A DNA stretch of 64,000 nucleotides from Octopus sinensis (GCF_006345805.1 NC_043010.1:63674001-63738000), one strand, 5' to 3'. Counted from the stretch's first letter, positions 28,170 to 40,569 are shown. A program made the numbers and translations. The notes: a model not told the origin generated them from the sequence alone.

Positions 28170-29003
28170 AGACCAAGAGAGACTGATTCCTTTTACTTCA
28201 TCTTCCAAGCATCCTTTCCAAGTCTTCTAAAGTCATCCAACTTTCTTCTTTCCTTCAGGTTGCTAGTCTAACTCTTTACCTTGCAATGTTCCTTGGAGGT
28301 CCCCTTAGAGTGTGCCCTATCCAGCCCCTTTTTCTTTTCAGGATTTCTTGATTGATGGGAGTTTTGGTTCGTTCTATCCCACAGACTTCTGTTTGAAATC
28401 TTGTCCCCCCCCCACCAGATTTTGAGGACAAAGCTCAGGTGTTTGTTGGTGATGACCTGTAGCTTACCCTTTATGGCTTTGCTGACCCTCTACGCTTCTG
28501 ACCCATAAAGAAGAACAGCCTTGAAGTTGGAATTGAAGATGTGGAGTTTTGTTTTGAGGGAGATGGCTTTGGAGTTCCAGACTGGTTGAAGACTTTTGAA
28601 AGTATACCAGATCTTGCCGATCCTCCTCAGTTCCATCCGTCTTTGAAACAATGCTGCTTAAACACACAAACTTTTTGGTCTCTGGAAGGGCTTCAGTGCC
28701 AATTCAAATTGATTCCTGGTTACAGGTGTTCAGCCTCAAAACTTCCATCTTATCTTGGTTCACTCGGAGGTCCATTTTTATTTCTTCTTCAGCAAACTTC
28801 ATGAGCTTGGACTGCATCTCTTGGTGGTTATGCGATAGCAGTCCTACATCATCTCCATATCAAGGATCTTCCAGTTGCTTCACTGCTGTCCATCTGATCC
28901 CAATGTCAGTTCCTGATGTTATCTCATTAACAGACCCTTTCACAGTTCAAACTGTTGTAAGGCAAGGTTGCCTACTGCCACCAATGATTTTTTTCTTAAT
29001 TAT
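28170..29003 (-). mobile_element. Decayed RTE-like LINE with inverted 5' fragment
   Basis: Minus strand from 28923: ITSGTDIGIRWTAVKQLEDP*YGDDVGLLSHNHQEMQSKL...FVCLSSIVSKTDGTEED...LQVITNKHLSFVLKIWW...QPEGKKKVG. Plus strand 28924-29003: LTDPFTVQTVVRQGCLLPPMIFFLII. Confidence 0.88.
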
Positions 29004-29205
29004 AATTAGTTGCAATTAAATATCCTTATAGTTATTTACTGTTAAGTAACTATAGTTAGCTCTATTTTCACAAACTGCAATTACATACGGCTGAATTAAG
29101 CTAATTACAAAACTAACCAACAGGAACTAAACTGTTCAAAACGTAACAAACCAGTTCTTTAAATGACAGGTTGTGATTTGAGGGAGATTTGGCTATTATC
29201 TAATA

Positions 29206-29599
29206 CTAGCAGTATCGCCCAGCATTGCTTGGTTTTGTTTTGACCCTTTAGAATTGGAATTTTCGAAAAGTAAAAATTTTGCATTATGTAGCTTGTTAAT
29301 CTCTTTAAGTGAACATTTTTCTGGTTGAAATACACCGAAAAATGGTGACACAGCAGTCAAAAAATCGTAAAAAATAGGGATTTTCATAGAAAAAAAAGCA
29401 CCTTTTTGATGTAAATAATTTTTGGTGTTAACATGGTCCAATTTGAATTTTTTTCTTCTACGGAATGAAGAGCAAGCCTTCTTCTGTCATATTCTCAATT
29501 TTGGTCAACTTGCACCACAGGGTCTCGGAGGAGATAGTATTAGTTGAAGGCTACCAAACCTGCCATACACAGACAACTTCAGCTTTATATATAGAGAGA
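29206..29599 (-). mobile_element. Non-autonomous Helitron
   Basis: Minus strand starts TCTCTCTATATATAAA and ends gctgggcgatactgCTAG. Inserted between A and T with no TSD. Confidence 0.75.
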
Positions 29600-30200
29600 T
29601 TAGTGCTATTGTTACTGTTTAACCCTAGGTCACCGCAGATCCAGTTGACCTATAATCAAATATATTCCTGGTGTTACCTATTTGTTTGTTTATCTAATAT
29701 TTTACACGAGACTCTACTACAATATACTTTTGATGTTTAGCCCCAGGACAGTCCTGATCCAGCAGACCTGTAATCAAAGACGTTTCAGCTGTGATCATCT
29801 CATCCTTTACCCAGGTATAGTGTATCTTGGATTTAGGTTCTACATTTGATGTTAATATTTGAAGTCTGTCTTCAGCCTAAAGACTCATTATTCCAAAGCT
29901 TATTCTGGTTTCAGTAACATTTAAGCAACCAAGACCACATGATTCCCTTCTGAATGGGACACCAATCTGTCACAGGATTAACCTTGCCTCCTGCGGTTAT
30001 CACCGCTACTCGTTTTCAGCTGTTTTGGCTGTTGAAGAAAAAGGAAGTTTCTTGTTCAAGAACACAACGTAAATCAACCTCGCAACTTAATAATCAAGAA
30101 CCTGACACCCAAACCACTGTTCCATGCATCTTCACAGAACTTCATGGATGCAAGTATTGTGATGGAAGTCAAACACTTGTGGCAGCTACTTGTTTGTTTA

Positions 30201-30234
<34 letters not shown>

Positions 30235-30371
30235 TGGGGTGAGAGATGGGTTGTTGGCATGGTCAGTGGTAGAAGTGTGATGGGTGGCATAGTGCAGTGA
30301 ATAGGTGTGGAGGTGATAAAAATAGATCTCACAGAGGTAAGAGGGACAGCAAATGGAAAATAAACAATGTA

Positions 30372-30537
30372 GGCGTAGGAGTGGCTGTGTGGTAAGTAGC
30401 TTGCTTACCAACCACATGGTTCCGGGTTCAGTCCCAATGCATGGCACCAAGTGTCTTCTGCTATAGCCTTGGGCCGACCAAAGCCTTGTGAGTGGATTTG
30501 GTAGACAGAAACTGAAAAGAAGCCCGTCGTATATATG

Positions 30538-30572
<35 letters not shown>

Positions 30573-30767
30573 AGGTTTGTGTGTCTGTGTTTGTTCCCCC
30601 AACATCGCTTGACAACCGATGCTGGTGTGTTTACGTCCCCGTAACTTAGTGGTTCGGCAAAGGAGACTGATAGAGTAAGTACTAGGCTTACAAAGAATAA
30701 GTCCTGGGGTCGATTTGCTTGACTAAAGGCAGTGCTCCAGCATGGCCACGGTTAAATGACTGAAACA
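30372..30767 (+). mobile_element. Family A SINE
   Basis: ggcgtaggagtggctgtgtggtaag head through gactgaaaca. Confidence 0.92.
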
Positions 30768-31015
30768 TTGTGGAAAAAAAAAAGCAAAATGGGCAAAAGA
30801 TATATACCCCAACCTCCATAATTATTCTCATTTCAACTTAGCTTTTGCCATGCTTACATGGGTGGCTGGGTGTTATCCAACATTGAATATTTTCTCAATT
30901 ATCACAGTCCTTTTGTATCTCCTTCATTAGATCAGTTTCACTACTTCATCTCAAAATGTCCTTCATCTACAGGTTCCATTTGTTTTTGAGGGCTTCACAC
31001 TTTCTTATACTGCTA

Positions 31016-31308
31016 TCATCATCATCATCATCATCGTTTAATGTCCGCTTTCCATGCTAGCATGGGTTGGACGGTTTGGACGGTTTAACTGCGGTCTGGG
31101 AAGCCAGAAGGCTACACCAGGCCCAGTCTGATCTGGCAGTGTTTCTACAGCTGGATGCCCTTCCTAACGCCAACCACTCCGTGAGTGTAGTGGGTGCTTT
31201 TTACATGCCAGACGAGGCTGGCAAATGGCCACGATCGGATGGTGCTTTTTACGTGCCACCGGCACGGAGACCAGACGAAGCTGGCAACGGCCACGATCAG
31301 ATGGTGCT
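31016..31308 (-). mobile_element. Family C element with internal repeats of about 60 bp
   Basis: (CAT)n tail, ccatgctagcatgg palindrome and repeated ggccacgatcggatggtgct. Confidence 0.88.
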
Positions 31309-31678
31309 CCATAAATATCATATACCCATACTATCACAGCCTTCTCCTTTGCATACTACATCTAAATCATCCTACATCCACCTTTTCTCTTGGCTCATTG
31401 TACTCCATTGTTTATGCAAACTAACATTACACATCCGATCCTGTAATCTGTGCTTTCAGTTCTTTCTTTGCAAATCCTCTGCATTCAAGGACTACATGTT
31501 GATACCATGTAGCATCACATTTCACACACAAGCATCATACAATCTGGTTTGCATTCTGAGGGAGAAGGTCTTGGTCCCCAACAGAAGTAATAGATCCCTT
31601 AACTTTTACTAAACCAATTCTTACCCTAGCCTCTATATTTTCACTGCATCCACCCCAACAGCTAATTTATGTAGATAA

Positions 31679-32036
31679 TCTCTCTATATATAAACGGCAA
31701 AATGTCTGTGTGTGTGTGTGTATGTCCTTTATACAAATCCACAATTTTTCAGTTAGAGGGCTCACACTTTCTATGGCCATTCAAAACTGTCCAAGGGTGG
31801 TTGTGCACATCTTTACATTTCCCCAGTCACCCCGCAAAGCCATTAAAAAATCAATAGAAGTGACTTTTTTGTGAATTTTCTATCCAAAACCCAATCAAAA
31901 TGCCTGAAACTTGATACACCAATTGAATGCCAGCTAGCTGTATGGGATTGGTCGGAGATTTGGACAATACTCGCGTGTATGTGTGCACGCACGCAGCTGT
32001 ATATGCATGCACTAGCACTATACACTATAGTGCTAG
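31679..32036 (+). mobile_element. Non-autonomous Helitron with terminal hairpin
   Basis: Starts TCTCTCTATATATAAA and ends CTAG with a 12-bp stem (actagcactata-cac-tatagtgctagt). A|T insertion site; the flanks rejoin into the host LINE. Confidence 0.75.
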
Positions 32037-32705
32037 TAGAAACTATTTCTTAGGAACCATTTGGGCATTTGTGAAAATCTGTATCCTGGGTACTCTTTAG
32101 TGCTTAATGCTGTTGTGCATCTGCTACATTCTCTGTTAGCTTACCTGTGATTCCACTACAACCCTTGTGTGCCCATTGTTTACTGAGCACACCTTCTCCT
32201 TTTCTGCTTACCATTCAGGTAGACAGTTGTGCCTTCTTTCTTACTAAAACTTTAGTTTTGCCAAGTTTACTTTAAGTGCAATTTCTTCTCTAACTCACAA
32301 ATTCATCTTTAAGAGAAAGGTGACAAGCATAGAAGAATGCTGACAAAAGCCAGTCTGTTATGGCTTGTAGGACTATTATAAACAGGTGAGGGCTGGGGAC
32401 TGAAATCTGATGGACCCCTAACAGCATGCTAAATAAATTCTTTGCTGATGGACTGCATTGTTGAGTCCCATCTTGCTGACTGAATTTCTGTATATAACTT
32501 GTATGGCCCTTACAAACCATCTATCTACCCATAGCTTCTTCAGTGCCTGCTGGATCACAGAGCAAGTGATCCTGTCAAAAGGCCTTCTCAAGTAGATGAA
32601 TACTAAGTGGAGAGGCCTACTCTTAGCTAAATACTTCTCCAGCAGTTGTCTCACTAGGAATATGACATCAGTGGAACCTCTTTTTGGCACAAAGCCAATC
32701 CACAT

Positions 32706-32916
32706 TTCGTTACTGTATTTATTTTGAGATGCTCTGTGTTTCTTTCAATTACATTAAATATAACAAAAAATTTAGTAAAATAACTTAGTTATCATTAAGC
32801 TTGTATTAGGAACATAAATTGTGACTAAGGTTTGGTGGAAGATTTTAATTGAAACCTTAAGAAAACAAGACATTTGTACAACAGAACCAGAGCCGGGTTG
32901 GTAACAAAAGGGTTAA
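32706..32916. mobile_element. piggyBac-type MITE (…AGGG-TTAA end)
   Basis: Same body as 61757-61959, which begins TTAA-CCCT; this copy ends aaagggttaa. Confidence 0.6.
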
Positions 32917-33537
32917 GGTGGTGAGCTGGCAGAAATGTTAGCACCCCAGGTAAAATGCTTAGCAATATTTTGTCTGCCTTTACGTTCTGAGTTCAAATTC
33001 CACCGAGGTCAACTTTTCCCTTCCATCCTTTCAGGGTCGATAAATTAAGTACTAGTTGTGTACTGGAACTGATCTAATTGACAGCTCCCACTGCCCCACA
33101 AAAAAATTTTGGACTTTGTGCCTAGAGCAGAAAAGAATCTTTGTAAGGTTCAGTGTCTGGAGATCAGTCTTCAGCACCCTGTTCCTCTTTGAAACTCCAA
33201 CTGTTCCCCTTGCCATTTATTCTCTGTCGTCATGCTGGACAACCTTCATCACCTTCTCTGCTCTCTTTCCTATACACCCCCCACCCCTTTAGTCTTCTCA
33301 GTCACGTGGTAATCTTGATGGTGATAGCACCACAATAAAATGCACCCAGCATACTCTGCAGATTAGAGAACAAATGGAAACTGTACAGAAGCGAGAAGGC
33401 ATTTTAGTCTGTCTAAATATGTAATTGTTTTTCAAATGCTGATGATATAATGGTGAAAATACACCCAGCACATTCTGTAAAGTGCTTGGTGTTAGGAAGG
33501 GCAGCCAGCCAGAGAAGCCAAACCAAAAGGTGAAATA

Positions 33538-33761
33538 CCTATTTCTTTATTACCCACAAGGGGCTAAACACAGAGAGGACAAACACACGGTTTAAGTCGA
33601 TTACATCGACCCCAGTGCGTAACTGGTACTTATTTAATCGACCCCGAAAGGATGAAAGGCAAAGTCGACCTCGGTGGAATTTGAACTTAGAACATAGCGG
33701 CAGACGAAATACCGATAAGTATTTCGCCCGGCGTGGTAACGTTTCTGCCAGCTCGCCGCCT
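33538..33761 (-). mobile_element. Family B SINE, young, with TSD of about 16 bp
   Basis: Flanked by aaaaggtgaaatacct (33525-33540) and aaaaagtgaaatacct (33763-33778). Confidence 0.92.
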
Positions 33762-35045
33762 TAAAAAGTGAAATACCTAGAGCAGGCCTGGCCAACTCAA
33801 ATTACATTGTGGGTCACTTTAATCACAGAAAGTGTTTTGAGAGCTGCTTGTATACTGACAGAATTGAAAGCATTTTGCTTTCTGATGCTATTATTACAAT
33901 AATGAATGAAAGATCATTAATTCAACATGAAATATTATCCTTTTTTTATTTTTCATTACAATCTTTAATTTTTGGTAAAATTTTAAAAATGTTTCTTTAA
34001 ATAAACCCATTTCAAGAAAGTATCGAGTGGGCCACGGGCCTGCTCTGGTCTAGAGTGAGGCATGGTTTTCCAACCCATCTTGGACAATACCTACAAATAA
34101 GAATTGATTCAGACTATGCTAGTGTATACATAAAAATTGTGATATACATCTCGTACACATCTGAACTGCAGTGGTACTCACTTGAGGTCAATTTTCTATG
34201 TTTCTCTCTTGTTGGAGACCTGCTCCTTTGACATATGTGCTGCCCACCTGTTCACTTTTCTTACCTGTTTAATTTCTCTTTTTCGTTATTCTTTGTATTT
34301 TTTAAAATTATTGTTTGTTCTTGCCTACTCCACTATCATTGCTTGATATATAACTACAAACCCTGTTTCTGCTTGTATTTTATTGATGAATGAAAGAAAG
34401 ACCCTCTATTTGGTCATGCTCCTTCTTAAGAATAATAGCCAAACCACATAGTACTACCTTGAAACAAAAATGTGGTTCTGAATGACATTTATGTCTGAAA
34501 AATCAAGAGGAAATAGTCATATCTGGATTGCCTTAAATAATAGGTTTGCTTGATCAAAATTAACCTTAGGACATACAGCTTCTTTGTTACTTAGCAACTC
34601 CAAAAAAAAAAAAAAAAAAAGTAGTACAATTGGTCTTTGACACATGTGTGATCTTGTTGAAATTGAACCAGAACCAAATTTTTCTTCCAGTAAAAAGTAT
34701 AAATTTTTTCAAGATTTTATTTCTTTTATCTAAATATTCATATTTTAATGATTTCTTTATATTCTTGGAAAAAGAAACAAAAGATTTTTGCATCACTTTC
34801 TCTTGTTCTTGTCCAGTTTTTGCTTATTAGTTCAGCATCTTTGTTGTTTTCACTCATCTTTTTTTTCTCTCTCCTCGTTTTATGCTGATTGTACTTCATG
34901 ACAGTATGGTAACCAAAAAGCAGGATGAAATATTGGATAAAATCAATTATAAAGATATAAAAATTGCATATCACTCTAGCCAAAATAGTTACTACAGCTT
35001 AAAAGTATAGTACATTGCTTTTTAGATTACCATGGTGATAAAAGT

Positions 35046-35341
35046 GGAGGCGCAATAGCCCAGTGGTTAGGGCAGCGGACTCGAGGTTTCGATTCCCAGA
35101 CCGGGCGTTGTGTGTGTTTATTGAGTGAAAACACCTAAAGCTCCACGAGGCTCCAGCATGGGGTGGGTGGCGACCCGTTGTACCCTTTCACCCCAACTTT
35201 CTCTCGCTCTTTCTTCCTGTTTCTTGAGTAACGCTGCGATGGACTGGCGTCTCGTCCAGCTGGGGGGGAACACATATGCAATAGAAAACGGGCCCATGAG
35301 CCTGACTAGGCTTGAAAAGGGCGCATAAATAAAAAAAAATA
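35046..35341 (+). mobile_element. tRNA-derived SINE, family D, with 12-bp TSD
   Basis: Head ggaggcgcaatagcccagtggttagggcagcggactcg. TSD atggtgataaaa at 35032 and 35342. Confidence 0.9.
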
Positions 35342-37280
35342 ATGGTGATAAAAACCATTTTATTATAAAAATCAAAATGATCAAATATGGTAGCTTTCAA
35401 CTCTTAGTCAAGTATGATCTTCACTGACAAATTATCTTATTCTTGCTGTTAAAGACAATGGCTGTCATCAATAGCTGTACTGAAGTCAATAACAGCTTGC
35501 ACAACACTGCTAAAGCTCTCACCTACAAAGCCTGTTAGTTCAGAAACAGGCAAGAGCAAAATATCCAGCTTCCCAATGAGGCATGTGTTATTTCAGAATT
35601 TTCTTCTCCTAGAAAGATATCTAAGCAAAGACTCATGGTCTCTCATTTATTAGACCACTAAAGAGTTTTAGAATTTTTCAAGCAACTCAATTAACAATTG
35701 CTGATCTGGAATGAACACTTCAAATCCAACATGGCACAGGACATCAGTTTCATTGGTCGATTGAGTCATATAAGTCACATGCAAATAGTGTTAATCCCAA
35801 ACTAAAATTAGTTTCTAATAGAAAGTAAAATAAAAGAAACGATATATTCTCAAGAGGAGGTAACTGTGCATCAGTTTATAGAGCAATTCACATTTTAGCT
35901 CAAATTTTGAGTAACAAATCTCCCAATAACCCAATTGTCTGCCAAATGTTTCCATGTCAAAAACAACCGGCACAAAAATATGTTTGAAAGCTTAATTTTG
36001 TATTTTTTCTTTAAAGCTAAACAAACGGAAAAGGCTTCTTCCTTCATTTTCAGGATACCATCATGTAGTTTCAAGATTTTAATTTTTTTTATTGCATATA
36101 AATACCGTAGCTATCACAACCATTGTATACCTCTGCTTTTGCAACAATACTCCATTTCGTCATAGGATAGCTTCTTCCTCTATTAAAAACCAAATTTATT
36201 TTGAAAATGATGTTAAATTGCTTTTATTCATGGGTCAAAATGAATGAGTGTGCTGTGTGTTTGAAGTTTTAAAAGTGTTTACAGTTAACCTGATATATCT
36301 TTATTGTGCCATTTACTGATTCTACACCTAATCTGTATACTATTTCCTTCAACAGACATTATCCATACAATTATATTCAGGCTGGGTTGCTTGTGTGGCA
36401 TTAATGGATTTTTCATTGTAAATCAATATTCCTCATATAGCTGTAGTGAGCCTTACAAGTAGTTTTACTGAAAATTTTGTGGTATCTGTGTAACGCAGGG
36501 AAGTGCATAGTAATTAGCATTAGAAAGATCCTAGCCACATTTATGGATACAGTTACACTATGAGTAACATTATAATGGATTAGTGTAATCTGATGTGGTT
36601 TGGAGATGGCTGCAGGGTAAGAAGTTTGTTTCCCAACCATGTGATTTTGGGTTCAGTCCCATTGCAGGGAGACTATATGCACTGGTGTACAAAAAGCGGT
36701 GTCGTTCATTTCCAATCTTCTGTGAAAGCATGTAGGCCTTGAGGAAATACCTTGCTTGGAAATAACTGAGAGTTGGCAACAGGGAGGGCATCCAGCTGTA
36801 GAAAATCTGCTTCAATGAATCTTGTCTGATCCATGCAAGCACGAAAAAGTAGATGTTAAAATGAGGACGGAAATGATGACTTACAGTGTGTATAGAATAT
36901 TAGAATTATACAGAGAGGAGTAGACGTGGCTATAAGAAGCCTCTCACATTTGCAAGTGTGTGTGTGTGTGGTGTAGTATTTTAGTGTTCTAACTGAAAAC
37001 AAAGCTACTGTTCAAACAAATGATGTCCTTTTTATGGTCTTCCACAAAAACATGTCCAGCCACTGAGCTATTTGTTGTTCAAAGGACGAGGGGGAGACAT
37101 GACCTTGTTTGGGAGAATTGATGACAGCAAGTGAATCTGACCATAGAAAATATGTCTCAATTTCATCCAACCCATGCAAGCATGGAAAAGTGGGTGTTGT
37201 AAAGATGATGAGGATGATAGCATGTGCATGACTGTGTGTGTATGTATGTGACTGTGAGTATGTGCATGACTGTGTGTGTA

Positions 37281-37586
37281 TCATCATCATTGTTTAGCGT
37301 CCGCTTTCCATGCTGGCATGGGTTGGATGGTTCAGTTGGGGTCTGGGAAGCCAGAAAGCTGCACCAGGCCCAGTCTGATCTGGCAATGTTTCTATGGCTG
37401 GATGCCCTTCCTAACGCCAACCACTCCATGAGTGTAGTGGGTGCTTTTTATGTGCCACTGGCACAGGTGCCAGATGAGGCTGGCAAACGGCCACGATCGG
37501 ATGGTGCTGTTTATGTGCCACCAGCACGGATGCCAGGCAAGGCTGGCAACGGCCATGATCGGATGGTGCTTTTTATGTGCCACCAT
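37281..37586 (-). mobile_element. Family C element
   Basis: Collinear with 31016-31308. Confidence 0.88.
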
Positions 37587-37878
37587 GTGACTATGTATGT
37601 ATATGTGTGATTCTGTGTGTATGAGTGACTGTGTGTGTATGTGCGAGAGTGTATGCGTGATTATTTATGTGTAAGGTGGTTGTTGTTAGGAAGGGGCTCC
37701 AGCTGTAAAAAACCATTCTAAAACACACAGTGAAACCTCGTGCAGTCCTCTGCCTATCCAGCTCCTGTCAAACTGTCCAACCCATATCAGCATGGAAAAC
37801 AGATGTTAAATGATGATGTGCATGTGTATATGTATGACTGTCTCTGTGTGTATATGTAAATGAGTGCATACATGTGTG

Positions 37879-37915
<37 letters not shown>

Positions 37916-38478
37916 CTGTATGTTTGTTAGTGTTTTGGGACTGATTCCATTTTATAGTGTCTTCTGAGGCACTGGGTATGTGTTTTTATATTGACCAATA
38001 CCTGTAAATGAAATTTGGCAAAATCTGTCTAAGTGTGTGTGTGTATCTGAGTGTTGCCTCTATTGCTGTAAACCAGTGCATCAAGTTACATGCATACAAG
38101 CTCTCAGAACAGAAAACTTAGTCACTGACTAAGACGAGATCAATAAATCAAATATGAAACTAAAATAAGGCTTTAAAGTTGGTCTGACTGACATCAAAAA
38201 AAGCCCATAAAGGAGGTGCTCCAGAATGGCAGCAGCCCATTGATTGAAACTAGGAAAAAGATAATAAAAAAAGAAACAGTGAATATGTGATTACTGAGAA
38301 ATCAAAAGAAATTTGGGAAAAATATTTTGTTATATATAAATTTTTATAAATGTAAGTGGTTTTACAAATTTCTCCGTTTATACATTAGGGATCAGCTCCC
38401 GTGTAGGGAAGCTCACTCTAGGAATGGATGGACTATAAAATTGTTTCTAAATATATCTCTAGATACAATCACACACAC

Positions 38479-38517
<39 letters not shown>

Positions 38518-38832
38518 CATATATATTATATATATCATATATATATATATATTGTTCTCAACATGAAAGACTATCATATACATACAAATGTATATGTATA
38601 AACATATATAGGCATGTATATTTACAGACACTCAGGCACATACATATGTAAATATATGTATATAACATACATACACACACACGGATATATATTGAATATA
38701 TAAACTCTATTGCATACACACTAACATACAGATGCCCACACACACACACACACACACATTCAACAAACATTAAGGTATCTCCACATATCCTCACACACAT
38801 GCATTAAAAGAGTTTAAGGACTGACATGTGAA

Positions 38833-40539
38833 TTAAGGGTGGATGGATTGCCACAGTAAAGTACTCATTGGTGTATATTCCTTTATGTTTTTGCATGATG
38901 TTGGTTTTAGAAAATTATTACGAATTGGCAAATGTATTTTCCGGTGCATTTGCAGTTCATTGATTGTCGAGTATGGCTTGGTGCAGGTGTCGCAGAAGAA
39001 CATTCTGGGTTCTTCTGGAGTAATTTGCATCTCTGCAGGATGTGCATGCTTTTTGTGTGATATTAGTTGGGGCTTGCGCATGAACATCTCACTGCATAGA
39101 TTGCAGCCGTAGGGTTTCTCGCCAGTATGGCTGCGTATGTGGATTTGCAGTTTGTCCTTCCTGGCAAACTGCTTCTGGCATGTGTCACACTGAAAGGGTT
39201 TCTCGCCCGTATGAATCCTTCGGTGAATGTTCAGATAGCATCTCTGGATGAACTGCTTTGGACAGAGGTCGCAGTGGAAAGGCTTCTCCCCAGTATGGGT
39301 CCTCCGGTGAATCTGCAGCCGGTCGCTGCGTGCAAACTGCTTGGTGCAGACCTCGCAGTGGAAAGGCTTCTCCCCAGTGTGGGTCCGCTCGTGTATAATT
39401 AACTTGTCCTTCTGTACAAAAGGTTTGGGGCAGTAGCTGCATTGCAGCAGCTTCTCACCTGTGTGAATTCGCCTGTGCAACTGCAGCTTGTCACCACGAG
39501 CAAACTGTTTGGGGCAGAATTCACAGCTGTAAGGTTTCTCCCCTGTGTGAATTCGTTCGTGTATTTTCAGCTTATCTCTTTGAACGAACTGTTTCGGGCA
39601 ATAACTGCAGTGGTAGGGCCTCTCCCCTGTGTGGGAGCTCTCGTGGATCTTTAGCTTGTCTTTGCGAGAGAAACACTTCGAGCAATAGCCACAGCTGAAC
39701 GGTTTCTCGCCTGTGTGGATTCGCTCGTGGATCTGGAATTTGTCTCTGTGGACAAACTGTTTGGCACAGTAGGTGCAGGTGAACAGCTTCTCACCTGTAT
39801 GGATTCTCTGGTGCAGCTGCAAAGTGTTCCGACGTGTGAACTGCTTCAGGCAAATGTCACAGCTGTACAGTTTCGCAAACGACTGAACAGTCCGGAAACT
39901 CGGAAGCAGTTTTGTGGGTTGGTTCACCATGGTTTGTGACAGTATCGAAGGTGACGGGGACTGGGAGGAAATTGCTGTTGTAACTGTTGGTGTTGATGAC
40001 GATGACAAAGATGAAGATGGCACAATCGGTTGTTTTATTGTGGTTTTTATAGCTGCTGCTCCTACAACTGCAGATGATGACGATGATGATGGGGGCGGTG
40101 GTGGTGGTGGTGGCGGAGGCGGCGGTGGCTGTACTCTAGCTGCTGCTGTGACTATATTTGGAGTTGATGTCGTCGGCGGCGATATTTGCTTCTGGCAAAC
40201 TGCACTGGCACATTGATTCGAAGACTTCTCGATGGCGTGCATCGCTGCGGCGTCAAACGGCTGCAGATAACAGTTCCCCGGGGTGAACTGTTTGGTGTAG
40301 ATGTCAGCAGGGAAGACCTTCTGGTTGGCGTGGAGCAACCCGTGAGGCTGGAGGTAGTATCCAGCCGCAAACTGATTCAGATATGTTGTTGTGGGAAACG
40401 ACTTATCACACATATGTGTCAGCATACCGTGTGAGTGTGATGGAGCATTAGTATGTTGCAAGACACCTGACTTACCACCAAGGCTCCCATGTAATACCTT
40501 CTTCTCACCGATTTTATCCATGTTCTGCCCGGATGTCAT
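38833..40539 (-). CDS. C2H2 (Kruppel-type) zinc-finger transcription factor, 568 aa, 11 fingers
   Basis: Only long ORF with non-repetitive composition. It has 10 tandem C-x2-C-x12-H-x3/4-H fingers joined by TGEKP/TGEKL/TGERP linkers (about 39040-39867) plus an 11th finger (FFCDTCTKPYSTINELQMHRKIH). The N-terminal half is Pro/Ser/Thr-rich with poly-P and poly-S. It is GC/CpG-richer than its flanks. Confidence 0.95.
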   Translation of the reverse strand: MTSGQNMDKIGEKKVLHGSLGGKSGVLQHTNAPSHSHGMLTHMCDKSFPTTTYLNQFAAGYYLQPHGLLHANQKVFPADIYTKQFTPGNCYLQPFDAAAMHAIEKSSNQCASAVCQKQISPPTTSTPNIVTAAARVQPPPPPPPPPPPPPSSSSSSAVVGAAAIKTTIKQPIVPSSSLSSSSTPTVTTAISSQSPSPSILSQTMVNQPTKLLPSFRTVQSFAKLYSCDICLKQFTRRNTLQLHQRIHTGEKLFTCTYCAKQFVHRDKFQIHERIHTGEKPFSCGYCSKCFSRKDKLKIHESSHTGERPYHCSYCPKQFVQRDKLKIHERIHTGEKPYSCEFCPKQFARGDKLQLHRRIHTGEKLLQCSYCPKPFVQKDKLIIHERTHTGEKPFHCEVCTKQFARSDRLQIHRRTHTGEKPFHCDLCPKQFIQRCYLNIHRRIHTGEKPFQCDTCQKQFARKDKLQIHIRSHTGEKPYGCNLCSEMFMRKPQLISHKKHAHPAEMQITPEEPRMFFCDTCTKPYSTINELQMHRKIHLPIRNNFLKPTSCKNIKEYTPMSTLLWQSIHP

Positions 40540-40569
40540 AATGAGGAAATAAACACCAAGCTGTCTACT

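Larger units (their letters stand above)
30830..32705 (-). mobile_element. Decayed RTE-clade LINE interrupted by a family C copy and a Helitron
   Basis: GFVPKRGSTDVIFLVRQLLEKYLAKSRPLHLVF...FDR, GVHQISVPSPHLFIIVLQAIT and GCSENIEARVRIG. Confidence 0.88.

Noticed and set aside
35400-36180. Possible highly decayed hAT transposase on the minus strand
   Set aside because: Only vague motif echoes among many stops; not supportable without a profile search.
39620-39700. Naming the gene ZFP64 or TZAP
   Set aside because: Finger 3 (KCFSRKDKLK) recalls a ZFP64 finger and the finger count recalls TZAP, but I cannot match the other fingers and there is no BTB domain. No symbol assigned.
38843-40434. Plus-strand and alternate-frame ORFs overlapping the zinc-finger gene
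   Set aside because: Shadow ORFs of a GC-rich repetitive CDS.
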